A stretch of 64,000 nucleotides of DNA from Microbacterium sp. (GTDB taxonomy: Bacteria > Actinomycetota > Actinomycetes > Actinomycetales > Microbacteriaceae), in the NCBI RefSeq assembly GCF_047606685.1, contig NZ_JASGEC010000060.1, forward strand, positions 9,314-73,313, given 5' to 3'. Below, piece after piece: positions 44,314-53,228 of this stretch (within the stretch, counting starts at the first letter, position 1; each line of letters begins with the position of its first letter). The translations under genes and the position numbers were made by a program. The notes under the pieces were generated by a model. It was given only the letters and a program-made list of their open reading frames with translations, did no database searches and was not told the origin of the DNA.

Positions 44314-45495
44314 TCAGGACAGGATCCCCCGCTGCGTGAGCAGCCCCGTTACGGCGTCGACGCACTCTTCGACGCTCAGCTGCGACGTGTCGAGCACGAG
44401 GTCGGCGTCGGTTGGCTCCTCGTACGGCGAGTCGATGCCCGTGAAGTCGGAGATCAGGCCCGCGCGCGCCTTCGCGTAGAGACCCTTGCGATCACGCGAC
44501 TCGGCGACCGCGAGCGGGGTCGACACATAGACGACGACGAACGGCGAGTCGGGCTCGACCTTGCCCCGCATCGCATCGCGCGACGACGCGAACGGCGCGA
44601 TCGGCGCGCACACCGCGAGCCCGCCTGCCTCCGCGACCCGGGCGCCCACCCACGCGATGCGACGCAGATTCGTGTCGCGGTCGTCGCGGCTGAAGCCGAG
44701 CTCGGCAGCCAGCTCGTGCCGCACGTGGTCGCCGTCGAGCAGCACCGCCTTGTGCCCCCCGGTCGACGACACGCGCTCGACGAGCGCGCGGGCGACGGTC
44801 GACTTGCCCGCCCCCGACAGCCCGGTGAACAGCACGACCGCGCCGCCGGTTGCTGCGGAGACCGGATGCCGCAGGTCGACGACCTCGGCGGCTCCCCGGC
44901 CCTCGGCCACGACGCGGGCGACATCGGCGTCTGCGCCGAGGTCGACGGCGGGCAGATACCACGCGCGCGCGTCGGGCAGCAGCGCCGCCGCGTCACGCAG
45001 GTCGGCGACGAGCGCCGCCGAGCCCGCGTCGCCGGCGACGCCGACCGCGACGAGGTCGAGGCCGCGATGCCCCGCGGCTTGCGCCGCGCGCAGCACGTCG
45101 GCGGCGGCCACTGCCCCGCCGAACAAAGCGACCACGCGGTCGTCGAAGCGCGTTGCCGACGTGATGCGCAGGTCGCGGGCGATGCCGTGCGCCGGAGGTC
45201 GCAGCTCGGCGACCGGGCCGCTCAGCCACGCCGACCCGCTCGCCGACGCGACGGCGTCGATGCGCAGCTCGGCCAGCGGCGTGTTCTCGGGGTCGCACAA
45301 GTGCACGAGCTGGCCGCGACCGAGGCCCGCCGCCACGCTCGGGGCCACCTCGAGGAGCGCCGCCACCGGCCACGCGTCGGGCTTGGAATCGGGCAGGCAG
45401 TAGCCGTTGACAGGAGCCAGCGCCCCGCCCAGGATCAGCTCGAGCGCCTCGAGCCGGTCGCCGGCGAGCACGAGCACGGCGTCGGCGGGCATCAT
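44314..45495 (-). CDS. cysC: Adenylylsulfate (APS) kinase with a ~210-aa N-terminal extension resembling a degenerate ATP-sulfurylase PUA-like region
   Basis: The C-terminal half has VVLFTGLSGAGKSTVARAL, LLDGDHVRHEL, LGFSRDDRDTNLRRIAWV, APIAPF and DRKGLYAKAR. The N-terminus has DRLEALELILGGALAPVNGYCLP. I did not see the sulfurylase QxRNPxH/HxxH motifs. Confidence 0.85.
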   Translation of the reverse strand: MMPADAVLVLAGDRLEALELILGGALAPVNGYCLPDSKPDAWPVAALLEVAPSVAAGLGRGQLVHLCDPENTPLAELRIDAVASASGSAWLSGPVAELRPPAHGIARDLRITSATRFDDRVVALFGGAVAAADVLRAAQAAGHRGLDLVAVGVAGDAGSAALVADLRDAAALLPDARAWYLPAVDLGADADVARVVAEGRGAAEVVDLRHPVSAATGGAVVLFTGLSGAGKSTVARALVERVSSTGGHKAVLLDGDHVRHELAAELGFSRDDRDTNLRRIAWVGARVAEAGGLAVCAPIAPFASSRDAMRGKVEPDSPFVVVYVSTPLAVAESRDRKGLYAKARAGLISDFTGIDSPYEEPTDADLVLDTSQLSVEECVDAVTGLLTQRGILS

Positions 45496-46547
45496 CCGTT
45501 CACCTCGCCGGGATCGCCGCGTTTCGTCTCGCTTCGCTCGCTCAACGACCGGGACGGCTCAGTCCCACTCAACGACCGCGAGGGCTCAGCCTTCGCAAGA
45601 CTCTCCTCCCGCAGCCGTTTTGCTTCACGCCAGCGTCGATTCTCCACGCTCGCGAGCGGGTGGAAGCCGTGGTGGCGGCGGATGAGCGCCCACACGACGG
45701 GCCCGAGCACGAGGGCGGAGACCAGGATGACACCCGTCGCCTCGTTGCTGACCTCGAGCAGCTTCAGGCCCGACGCGAGCAGCACGAAAGCGAGCGCGCG
45801 GCGGATGAAGCCGCCGGGCAGCCGCGACGACAGCTGCGCGCCGATGTAGGCGCCGGGCACACTGCCGATGATGAGCGGGATCGAGATCGCAAGATCGAGA
45901 TCGCCGAACAACGCGTGCGCGATCGCCGCTGAGACGACAAGCGGCACAGCCTGCACGAGATCGGTGCCCACGAGCTGGCTGGCCTTCAGACCCGCGTACA
46001 TCATCATGAGGCCGATGATGATGAGCGACCCCGACCCGACCGACGTCATGCCGACGATAAGGCCGCCGATCGCGCCGAGCGCGATCGTGGGAATCACCTT
46101 CACCTCGATGTCGGGCCGGTCCTGCGGCAGCGGCTCGCCCTTGCCGTCGCGGCTGCGCGCCCGCTCGACGAGCCGCATGTACGCGCGCACCATGAGCATC
46201 GTCGCGGTGAACAGGATCGCAATGCCGAGGGCGAGCTTGACGGCATGCTGCACGTTCGCGTCGTCACCGAGCCCCTTGAGGATGAAGACGCCGGCGAACG
46301 CGGTGGGCACCGAGCCGATGCAGAGGTAGAGCACGAGCTTGAGGTTCACCGTGCCGCGCCGCAGGTGCACGAACGAGCCGACAGGCTTCATCACCGCGCT
46401 CGCAACTAGATCGCTCGAGACCGCCGCGAGCGGCGAGACGCCGAAGAAGAGCACGAGCATCGGCGTCATGAGCGCCCCGCCGCCCATTCCCGTCAGCCCG
46501 ACCACGATGCCGACGAACAACGCGCCGAGAACCATCCCCCAGTCCAT
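45492..46547 (-). CDS. TauE/SafE (DUF81) family anion permease, candidate sulfate importer of the CysZ(Cg) type
   Basis: The sequence has MDWGMVLGALFVGIVVGLTGMGGGALMTPMLVLF, then about 8 TM helices. The second half-repeat is IGGLIVGMTSVGSGSLII. The start is at ATG 46547. Its stop overlaps the cysC start (ATGA). Confidence 0.82.
   Translation of the reverse strand: MDWGMVLGALFVGIVVGLTGMGGGALMTPMLVLFFGVSPLAAVSSDLVASAVMKPVGSFVHLRRGTVNLKLVLYLCIGSVPTAFAGVFILKGLGDDANVQHAVKLALGIAILFTATMLMVRAYMRLVERARSRDGKGEPLPQDRPDIEVKVIPTIALGAIGGLIVGMTSVGSGSLIIIGLMMMYAGLKASQLVGTDLVQAVPLVVSAAIAHALFGDLDLAISIPLIIGSVPGAYIGAQLSSRLPGGFIRRALAFVLLASGLKLLEVSNEATGVILVSALVLGPVVWALIRRHHGFHPLASVENRRWREAKRLREESLAKAEPSRSLSGTEPSRSLSERSETKRGDPGEVNG
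45531..45589. repeat. Two tandem copies of a short dispersed motif (CTCAACGACCG-N6-8-GCTCAG) inside the 3' end of the TauE gene
   Basis: The sequence is GCTTCGCTCGCTCAACGACCGGGACGGCTCAG followed by CACTCAACGACCGCGAGGGCTCAG. The 16-mer TCGCTCAACGACCGGG recurs at 56533-56548. Confidence 0.7.
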
Positions 46548-46747
46548 GGTTCGCCATTGTTCCACACGAAGTCCCCCGACCTGGTATGGAAGCTGAAGGA
46601 TGGAGGCGCAGCGGCGCGGGATGTTGCTAGGGTGGTACGCGGGGGAACGCGTGCACTGGGGGCGCGCGCTCAAACGGCGATTGCGCCGGGAATTCGCCGC
46701 GCGGTGCGCGGCGCCTCTATTCAGCATCGGGGGATGGGGAATGACAC

Positions 46748-47506
46748 GTGACCAATGACGCGAAGGCGGCCGCCGCGCTCGCCCGCGAAGCGGGCCAGCT
46801 ACTGCTCGACGTGCAGCGCAACGCGAGCGCGGACGAGCTCGGCACGAAAGATCTGAAAGACAGAGGGGATGCCGCGAGCCAGCGGTACCTCGCGCAGGCG
46901 CTGGCGGAGCGGCAGCCGGGCGACGCCGTGCTGTCGGAGGAGGCGGCCGACGACCTCGCCCGCCTCGATGCCAAGCGCGTCTGGATCATCGACCCGCTCG
47001 ACGGCACCCGCGAGTTCTCTGAGGGCCGCCACGACTGGGCGGTGCACGTCGCGCTGTGGTCGGAGGGCGAGCTGAGCGCCGGCGCGGTGGCGCTGCCCGG
47101 CGTCGACACCGTGCTCTCCAGCGCCGACGCGCCCCGTCAGTGGCAGCGACCCGACCGCATCCGCCTCGCCGTCTCGCGCAGCCGCGCGACCGCCCTCGTG
47201 CAGGCCCTCGCCGACGAGCTCGGCGCCGAGCTCGTGCCGATGGGGTCGGCCGGCTACAAGGCCGCGGCCGTCGTGCGCGGCGAGGTCGACGCCTACGTGC
47301 ACACCGGCGGCCAGTACGAGTGGGACTCGGCAGCCCCGGTCGCCGTCGCCCGCGCCGCCGGCCTGTTCACGTCGCGGGTGGACGGCTCGCCGCTGGTGTA
47401 CAACAACGAGAACCCGTACCTGCCCGACTTGGTAGTCTGCAATCCGCTGATCGCCGACGATGTGTTGCGACGCCTGAGCGCGCTCCTGGAGGGGGAGTCC
47501 CGATGA
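46748..47506 (+). CDS. cysQ: 3'(2'),5'-bisphosphate nucleotidase (PAP phosphatase), inositol monophosphatase family
   Basis: Matching motifs are VLSEEAADD, WIIDPLDGTREF and the WDSAAP motif. It has a GTG start. Its stop overlaps the cysD start (ATGA). Confidence 0.85.
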   Translation: MTNDAKAAAALAREAGQLLLDVQRNASADELGTKDLKDRGDAASQRYLAQALAERQPGDAVLSEEAADDLARLDAKRVWIIDPLDGTREFSEGRHDWAVHVALWSEGELSAGAVALPGVDTVLSSADAPRQWQRPDRIRLAVSRSRATALVQALADELGAELVPMGSAGYKAAAVVRGEVDAYVHTGGQYEWDSAAPVAVARAAGLFTSRVDGSPLVYNNENPYLPDLVVCNPLIADDVLRRLSALLEGESR

Positions 47507-48423
47507 CCGAAGTGACCGAGGCAGACCGCTACGGGCTCACCCAGCTCGACTACCTCGAGGCCGAGGCGATCTTCATCATCCGCGAGATCGTCGCCGAGAA
47601 CGAGAGCCCCGGCATGCTCTTCTCGGGCGGCAAAGACTCGATCGTGATGCTGCACCTCGCCGCAAAGGCGTTCGCGCCGGCATCCATTCCCTTCCCGGTC
47701 GTCCACGTCGACACCGGCCACAACTTCGACGAGGTGATCGAGTACCGCGACCGCCGCGTCGCCGAGCTCGGCGTGCGCCTCATCGTCGGCTCGGTGCCCG
47801 ACGCGATCGCCGCGGGCCTGGTGCGCGAGGAGCCGAACGGCTCGCGCAACCGCATCCAGACCCCCGTGCTGCTGAAGACGGCCGAGGACCACGGCCTGAC
47901 CGCGCTCATGGGCGGCGCGCGGCGCGACGAGGAGAAGGCCCGCGCGAAAGAGCGCGTCTTCTCGTTCCGCGACGACTTCGGCCAGTGGGATCCGAAGAAC
48001 CAGCGCCCCGAGCTGTGGTCGCTGTACAACGGCCGCATCCACCCGGGCGAGAGCATCCGCTGCTTCCCGCTGTCGAACTGGACCGAGCTCGACATCTGGG
48101 AGTACATCGCCCGCGAAGGCATCGAGGTGCCCTCGATCTACTACGCGCACGAGCGCGAGGTGTTCCTGCGAGGCGGCATGTACATGGCCGTGAACCAGCA
48201 CTGCCAGCCCAAAGAAGGCGAAGAGGTCTTCACCGAGACCGTGCGCTATCGCACGGTCGGCGACGCCACGCTGACTGCCGCCGTGCTATCGCAAGCGCGC
48301 ACCGCGGAGGACGTGGTGGCCGAAGTGGCCGCGACGCGCATCACCGAGCGCGGCGCGACGCGCGGCGACGACAAGGTCAGCGAAGCGGCGATGGAAGACC
48401 GCAAGAAAGAGGGCTACTTCTGA
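47503..48423 (+). CDS. cysD: Sulfate adenylyltransferase subunit 2
   Basis: The sequence contains LTQLDYLEAEAIFIIREIVAE...MLFSGGKDSIVMLHLA (PP-loop SGGKDS), ARRDEEKARAKERVFSFRD and WELYN-type WSLYNGR. The long upstream extension in the ORF track is an artefact. Confidence 0.95.
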   Translation: MTEVTEADRYGLTQLDYLEAEAIFIIREIVAENESPGMLFSGGKDSIVMLHLAAKAFAPASIPFPVVHVDTGHNFDEVIEYRDRRVAELGVRLIVGSVPDAIAAGLVREEPNGSRNRIQTPVLLKTAEDHGLTALMGGARRDEEKARAKERVFSFRDDFGQWDPKNQRPELWSLYNGRIHPGESIRCFPLSNWTELDIWEYIAREGIEVPSIYYAHEREVFLRGGMYMAVNQHCQPKEGEEVFTETVRYRTVGDATLTAAVLSQARTAEDVVAEVAATRITERGATRGDDKVSEAAMEDRKKEGYF

Positions 48424-49667
48424 TGGACATCCTCCGCTTTGCCACCGCGGGCTCGGTCGACGACGGCAAGAGCACCCTCATCGGGCGCCTGCTGTACGAC
48501 TCGAAGTCGATCTTCACCGACCAGCTCGACGCCGTCGAGCGCACGAGCGAGCAGCGCGGCGACCAGTACACCGACCTGGCGCTTTTGACCGACGGCCTGC
48601 GCGCCGAGCGCGAGCAGGGCATCACGATCGACGTGGCGTACCGCTACTTCTCCACGCCGCTGCGCAAGTTCATCATCGCCGACACCCCCGGGCACATCCA
48701 GTACACGCGCAACATGGTCACCGGCGCCTCGACCGCCGACCTCGCCATCATCTTGATCGACGCGCGCAAGGGCCTGCTCGAGCAGAGCCGCCGGCACGCG
48801 ACGATCGTGTCGCTGCTGCGCGTGCCGCACGTCGTGCTCGCGATCAACAAAATGGACCTCGTCGACTGGTCGCAAGACGTCTACAACGAGATCAGCGGGG
48901 CGTTCCGCGACTTCGCGGCGCGGCTCGACTTCGCCGACGTCACCGCCATCCCGGTTTCCGCCCTCACCGGCGACAACGTGGTGACCCGCTCGCAGAACAT
49001 GCCGTGGTACGAGGGCCCGTCGCTGCTGCACCACCTCGAGCACGTCTACATCGCGAGCGACCGCAACCTGGTCGACGTGCGGTTCCCGGTGCAGTATGTG
49101 ATCCGGCCGCAGAACGGCCGCGGCGACTTCCGCGGCTTCGCCGGCCAGCTGGTCAGCGGCGTCATCCGCCCCGGCGACGAGATCGTCGCACTGCCCAGCG
49201 GCCTGCCGTCGCGCGTGCGCGCGGTGAGCACCGCCGACGGCGAGCTCGAAGAGGCCTACCCGCCCATGTCGATCACGGTGCAGCTCGAGGACGAGGTCGA
49301 CATCTCGCGCGGCGACATGATCAGCCGCCCGCACAACCAGCCGCTGGCGACGCAGGATGTCGACGCGATGGTCTGCTGGATGGACACGGCCCCGATGAAC
49401 GTGGGAGCCAAGTACGCGATCAAGCACACGACGCGCTCGGCGCGGGCGATGGTGAAAGACATCCAGTACGAGCTCGACATCAACACGCTGCACCGTGAAC
49501 AGTCGCCCAGCAGCCTCGGGCTCAACGGCATCGGCCGCGTGACGCTGCGCACGACGCAGCCGCTGCTGGTCGACCCCTACCGCCGCAACCGGCAGACCGG
49601 GTCGTTCATCCTGATCGACGAGGCAACCAACCGCACGGTCGGCGCGGGGTTCATCACCGAGAACTGA
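48423..49667 (+). CDS. cysN: Sulfate adenylyltransferase subunit 1 (GTPase), without a fused APS-kinase domain
   Basis: The sequence contains LRFATAGSVDDGKSTLIGRLL (G1), DGLRAEREQGITIDVAY, ADTPGH (G3) and NKMD (G4). It ends at 415 aa with no CysC domain. Confidence 0.95.
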   Translation: MDILRFATAGSVDDGKSTLIGRLLYDSKSIFTDQLDAVERTSEQRGDQYTDLALLTDGLRAEREQGITIDVAYRYFSTPLRKFIIADTPGHIQYTRNMVTGASTADLAIILIDARKGLLEQSRRHATIVSLLRVPHVVLAINKMDLVDWSQDVYNEISGAFRDFAARLDFADVTAIPVSALTGDNVVTRSQNMPWYEGPSLLHHLEHVYIASDRNLVDVRFPVQYVIRPQNGRGDFRGFAGQLVSGVIRPGDEIVALPSGLPSRVRAVSTADGELEEAYPPMSITVQLEDEVDISRGDMISRPHNQPLATQDVDAMVCWMDTAPMNVGAKYAIKHTTRSARAMVKDIQYELDINTLHREQSPSSLGLNGIGRVTLRTTQPLLVDPYRRNRQTGSFILIDEATNRTVGAGFITEN

Positions 49668-49865
49668 CGCGGGGCACCGAGCATGTCGCAGAAGGTGCGG
49701 GTGCCCACGCGGTGTCGTCGCATCTTCCCTGACACGCGCAGTGGGGATGTCAGAGAAGAAGCGACCTCGGACGGCATCCACTCGCACTTTCCCTGACACC
49801 CTCCGCCGGGGTACGAGCGCGCTCCAACAGGATGCGGGCGCGCAGCGCGGACCAGAACGGGGCCG

Positions 49866-51017
49866 CTACAGCTCGCCGGGCGACATTGCCTGCTCGTCGA
49901 TCTTCTCCACGAGTTGGCGGGCGGGCGACGCCGTCTCGCCCTTTCGCGGCGCGTAGACCACGAGCGAATGGAACACGAACCGCACGACGAAGGCGACCAC
50001 AAGCGTGACCGCGGTGGCGACGACAGCGGTGATGTGTCCCGACTCGACCATCAGCGCCACGATGGGTATGCGGACGACAAGCTCGGCGTTGTTGAACGAG
50101 ACCGACTTCGCAAAGCGCCACCACACGCTCGACGCGGCGGCGCGCATCTCGCCGAAGACGAAGCGCTCGATCAGCAGGAAATTGCCGATGATCGTGACCT
50201 CGGCCGCGATGATCGCCGCCGCGACGTAGTTCACGCCGAGCCTGGTCAGCGCCCACACGATGAGCACGTTCGCGAGCGCGCCGAGCCCGCCGATCACCGC
50301 GAAGATCGACATCTTGCCGAACCGCAGCTCGGTCAGCTGAGTGAGGAAGTGGATGCCTTGGCGAACCGTCGCCTTGGACTGGCCGCCGTGGCGGTCGTCG
50401 AACGCGAACGGCACCTCGGCCGCGCGCAGCGACCGGCGCGCGAGGATCTCGAGCAGGATCTTGTAGCCGTGCGGGCGCAGCGCGTGCAGGTCGAGGGCCC
50501 TGCGGTCGACCAGGAAGAAGCCGGTCATGGGGTCGGAGACATCCCGCAATCGAATCGGGAACATCGCTTTCGTGAGCACCGTCGACAGCTTCGACACCAA
50601 CACGCGCCGCCGGTCGGCCAGCCCGCGGTGCGAGCCGCCGGCCTGATAGCGGGATGCCACGACGATGTCGACGCCGCCCTGCTCGAACCGCTCGAGCAGC
50701 TCGGGGATCGTCTCGGGCGGATGCTGCAGGTCGCCGTCCATCACAATGCACGTGTCGGCCGCGGCGGCGGCGAAGCCCTCCAGCACCGCCCCGCCAAGGC
50801 CCCCGTGGGGCCGGTCACGGTGGACCAGGCGGACCGGGATGCCCGCCGACACGGCAGCGGCGCGGATGAGCTGCGGCGTCTCGTCCGTGCTGTCGTCGAC
50901 GAACAGCAGCTCGGCGTCAATCCCCCGCGTCGCGGCGACGACGCGCTCAACGAGCTCCGCGATGTTGGGAGCCTCGTTGAACGTCGGGACGATCACCGTG
51001 AGCTGCATAGGCATCAA
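49866..51017 (-). CDS. GT2 polyprenol-phosphate glycosyltransferase (Ppm1/DPM1-like) fused to a GtrA-like C-terminal membrane domain
   Basis: Matching motifs are LTVIVPTFNEAPNI, FVDDSTDETP, VMDGDLQHPPE and VASRY. The C-terminal 4 TM helices contain FAVIGGLGALANVLIVW...IGNFLLIERFVF, which is GtrA-like. Confidence 0.85.
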   Translation of the reverse strand: MMPMQLTVIVPTFNEAPNIAELVERVVAATRGIDAELLFVDDSTDETPQLIRAAAVSAGIPVRLVHRDRPHGGLGGAVLEGFAAAAADTCIVMDGDLQHPPETIPELLERFEQGGVDIVVASRYQAGGSHRGLADRRRVLVSKLSTVLTKAMFPIRLRDVSDPMTGFFLVDRRALDLHALRPHGYKILLEILARRSLRAAEVPFAFDDRHGGQSKATVRQGIHFLTQLTELRFGKMSIFAVIGGLGALANVLIVWALTRLGVNYVAAAIIAAEVTIIGNFLLIERFVFGEMRAAASSVWWRFAKSVSFNNAELVVRIPIVALMVESGHITAVVATAVTLVVAFVVRFVFHSLVVYAPRKGETASPARQLVEKIDEQAMSPGEL

Positions 51018-51051
51018 TGGTGCCAGGCAAGCTTTTGAGCCGGCTGCGCGT

Positions 51052-51507
51052 TCAGCGCCGCTCGTAGACGCCCTCGCCCCGCAGCAGCGAGGTCACCTCG
51101 ACCGGCAAGTCGCCCGAGACCACGTCGTCGATGGTCGTCGATTCGAGCACGACGCGCATGCTCGCGCGCACCGCGACCCACACGTCGCGCAGCGGCTCGG
51201 CCACCCCGGCGTAGCGCATCGCCTCGGGCGCGACTCCGCGCACGGCGGCCAGCGGGCCGTCGACGGCTCGCACGGCGTCGGCGATCGTGATGCCGTCGGC
51301 GTCGCGAGCGAGCAGGTAGCCGCCGGTCGAGCCGCGCAGCGCGAGAACGAGCCCCGCCTTCTTCAGGTCGGCGAGGATCGCCTCAAGGAACTTCGGCGGA
51401 ATGCCCTGCGCGTCGGCGAGCTCGTTGCGCGTCGCGCTCTCGCCATCGCGGGCGGCGAGCTCGGCGAGCGCGCGCACCGCGTAGTCCGCGCGTGCCGTGA
51501 TCTGCAC
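51052..51507 (-). CDS. Rrf2 family transcriptional regulator with no Cys ligands
   Basis: The sequence contains MQITARADYAVRALAELA...IPPKFLEAILADLKKAGLV...RGSTGGYLLAR. The protein has no cysteine at all, so it cannot bind an Fe-S cluster. Confidence 0.88.
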   Translation of the reverse strand: MQITARADYAVRALAELAARDGESATRNELADAQGIPPKFLEAILADLKKAGLVLALRGSTGGYLLARDADGITIADAVRAVDGPLAAVRGVAPEAMRYAGVAEPLRDVWVAVRASMRVVLESTTIDDVVSGDLPVEVTSLLRGEGVYERR

Positions 51508-51576
51508 GCGGACATCACCCCCTCCCCGGCCGATACTCCGACAATCCTACTGAGGAGGGGGTGATGTGGGGGGATG

Positions 51577-52467
51577 CTACAGACGCACCGTGCCGAGGCC
51601 GCGGCGCCGGCGGATGCCGTTGGCCAGCCACGAAAAGACGCCGTCGACGACCATGCCGATGATGAGGATCACGATCATGACCGCGAGCAGCGTCGGCGCG
51701 TCGGCGAAGTTGCGCGCGTTCGACAGCAGCACGCCGAGCGCAAGCACCTGCGAAATCGTCACGAGCAGCTCACCGGCCAGCAGCGAGCGCCACGCGAACG
51801 CCCACCCCTGCTTGAGGCCGGCGACATAGGTCGGCAGCGCCGCGGGCAGGATGACGTAGCGCAGCATGCGGATTCCGCGCGCGCCGAGCGTGTGGCCCGC
51901 GCGCAGCAACTGCGGCGGCACGTCGTCGATTCCCGAGATGAGGCCGTTCGCGATCGACGGCGCCGCGCCCAGCACGATCACGAACATGATGGCCTGCTCG
52001 GTCAGCCCGAAGAACAGGATCGCCAGCGGGAACCACGCGATCGACGGCATCGTCTGCAGCCCCGACAACAGCGACCCGACGGCGGCGCGAAGGATGCGCG
52101 AGCGCGCCACCGCGGCGCCGAGCACCGTGCCGATCACAAGCGCGATGACGAAGCCGAGCACCGCGCGGCCCATCGTCGTCGCCGCCCCGGCCCAGAACGC
52201 GGGCTCGCCGAGCAACTCGCCCAGCCGGCCGAACACCGTGAACGGATCGGGCAGCACGTACGCAGGCTTCACTCCGGAGAGGTACAGCAACTCCCACGCG
52301 ATCACGACGATCGCCACGGCCAGCAGGGGCGGCCACAGCTTCGTCCATGCGCTCTTGGCCAGGGCACCGGGGCGCGCGGGCTCCGCAGACAGCAGCGGCG
52401 GTGCGGCATCCATCTTCTGCCTCGTCTCGTTCTTCTGCTCGAGCACGGGCTCTACCACCGCGGTCAT
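51577..52467 (-). CDS. ABC transporter permease, NitT/TauT (SsuC-like) family
   Basis: The start is at MTAVVEP (52467). It has the EAA-type loop LLRAGHTLGARGIRMLRYVILPAALP and 6 TM helices. It overlaps the ATPase stop (ATGA). Confidence 0.88.
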   Translation of the reverse strand: MTAVVEPVLEQKNETRQKMDAAPPLLSAEPARPGALAKSAWTKLWPPLLAVAIVVIAWELLYLSGVKPAYVLPDPFTVFGRLGELLGEPAFWAGAATTMGRAVLGFVIALVIGTVLGAAVARSRILRAAVGSLLSGLQTMPSIAWFPLAILFFGLTEQAIMFVIVLGAAPSIANGLISGIDDVPPQLLRAGHTLGARGIRMLRYVILPAALPTYVAGLKQGWAFAWRSLLAGELLVTISQVLALGVLLSNARNFADAPTLLAVMIVILIIGMVVDGVFSWLANGIRRRRGLGTVRL

Positions 52468-53228
52468 GCTGCCACACTCCTGCGCTCGAGCTCGCTCTGT
52501 TCGTCGAGCTGGTCGTGCAGCATTCGCGCGCGCAGCGCGATATCGGGGTCGTCCATCTTGCGCGGGCGCGGCAGGTCGACGACCAGATCGCTGGCGACCC
52601 GGCCGGGGCCTGGCTGCATGAGCACGACCCGATCGCCCAGACGCACGGCCTCGCGCACGTTGTGCGTGACGAACAGCACCGTGAGCGCGCGCTCGGTCGA
52701 GATGCGCTCGATCTCGTCGTGCATCGCGTCGCGAGTGATGGCGTCGAGGGCCGCGAACGGCTCGTCCATCAGCAGCACCTGGCACTCCTGCGCGAGCGTG
52801 CGGGCGAGGGCGACGCGCTGCCGCATCCCTCCCGACAGCTCGTGCGGGCGCCGGTGCTGCACGCCGGGAAGGCGCACCACGTCGAGCAACTCGGCGACGC
52901 GATCTGACCACGCGGCCTTCGGCACGCCCGACAGCCGCAGCGCGAGCTCGATGTTGCCCTGCACGGTCAGCCATGGGAACAGGCCGGAGTCTTGGAACAT
53001 CATGCCGACGCGGCGTCCGCCGACGTCGATGCGGCCAGCGGTCGGCGTCTCCAGGCCCGCCGCGAGCGAGAGCAGCGTGCTCTTGCCACAGCCGGAGCGG
53101 CCGAGGAAGCAGACGAACTCGCCCTCGTTCACGACGAGGTTGACGTCGGACAGCGCCAGCACGGGCGAGCGGCCGTAACGCATCGAGAGGTGGTCGACGC
53201 GGACCGCGGGAGTCGTCGTGGCAGTCAT
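52464..53228 (-). CDS. ABC transporter ATP-binding protein (SsuB/TauB-like)
   Basis: It has Walker A GRSGCGKSTLL, signature LSGGMRQRVALAR and Walker B VLLMDEPF. The start is at MTATTTP (53228). Confidence 0.92.
   Translation of the reverse strand: MTATTTPAVRVDHLSMRYGRSPVLALSDVNLVVNEGEFVCFLGRSGCGKSTLLSLAAGLETPTAGRIDVGGRRVGMMFQDSGLFPWLTVQGNIELALRLSGVPKAAWSDRVAELLDVVRLPGVQHRRPHELSGGMRQRVALARTLAQECQVLLMDEPFAALDAITRDAMHDEIERISTERALTVLFVTHNVREAVRLGDRVVLMQPGPGRVASDLVVDLPRPRKMDDPDIALRARMLHDQLDEQSELERRSVAA

Noticed and set aside
47056-47502. Long N-terminal extensions of cysD in the ORF track (similar extensions at 47985-48422 for cysN, 52468-53256 for the permease and 53229-53402 for the ATPase)
   Set aside because: The extensions are Arg-rich and overlap the preceding well-supported gene. 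Canonical starts with ATGA or 1-nt overlaps fit the conserved N-termini.
49668-49865. Intrinsic terminator between cysN and the GT2-GtrA gene (GGGCACC/GGTGCCC, 49672-49706)
   Set aside because: It has only a 7-bp stem with a 21-nt loop and no U-tract, which is too weak to call. The region contains TCCCTGACAC x2 and may be a diverged repeat copy.
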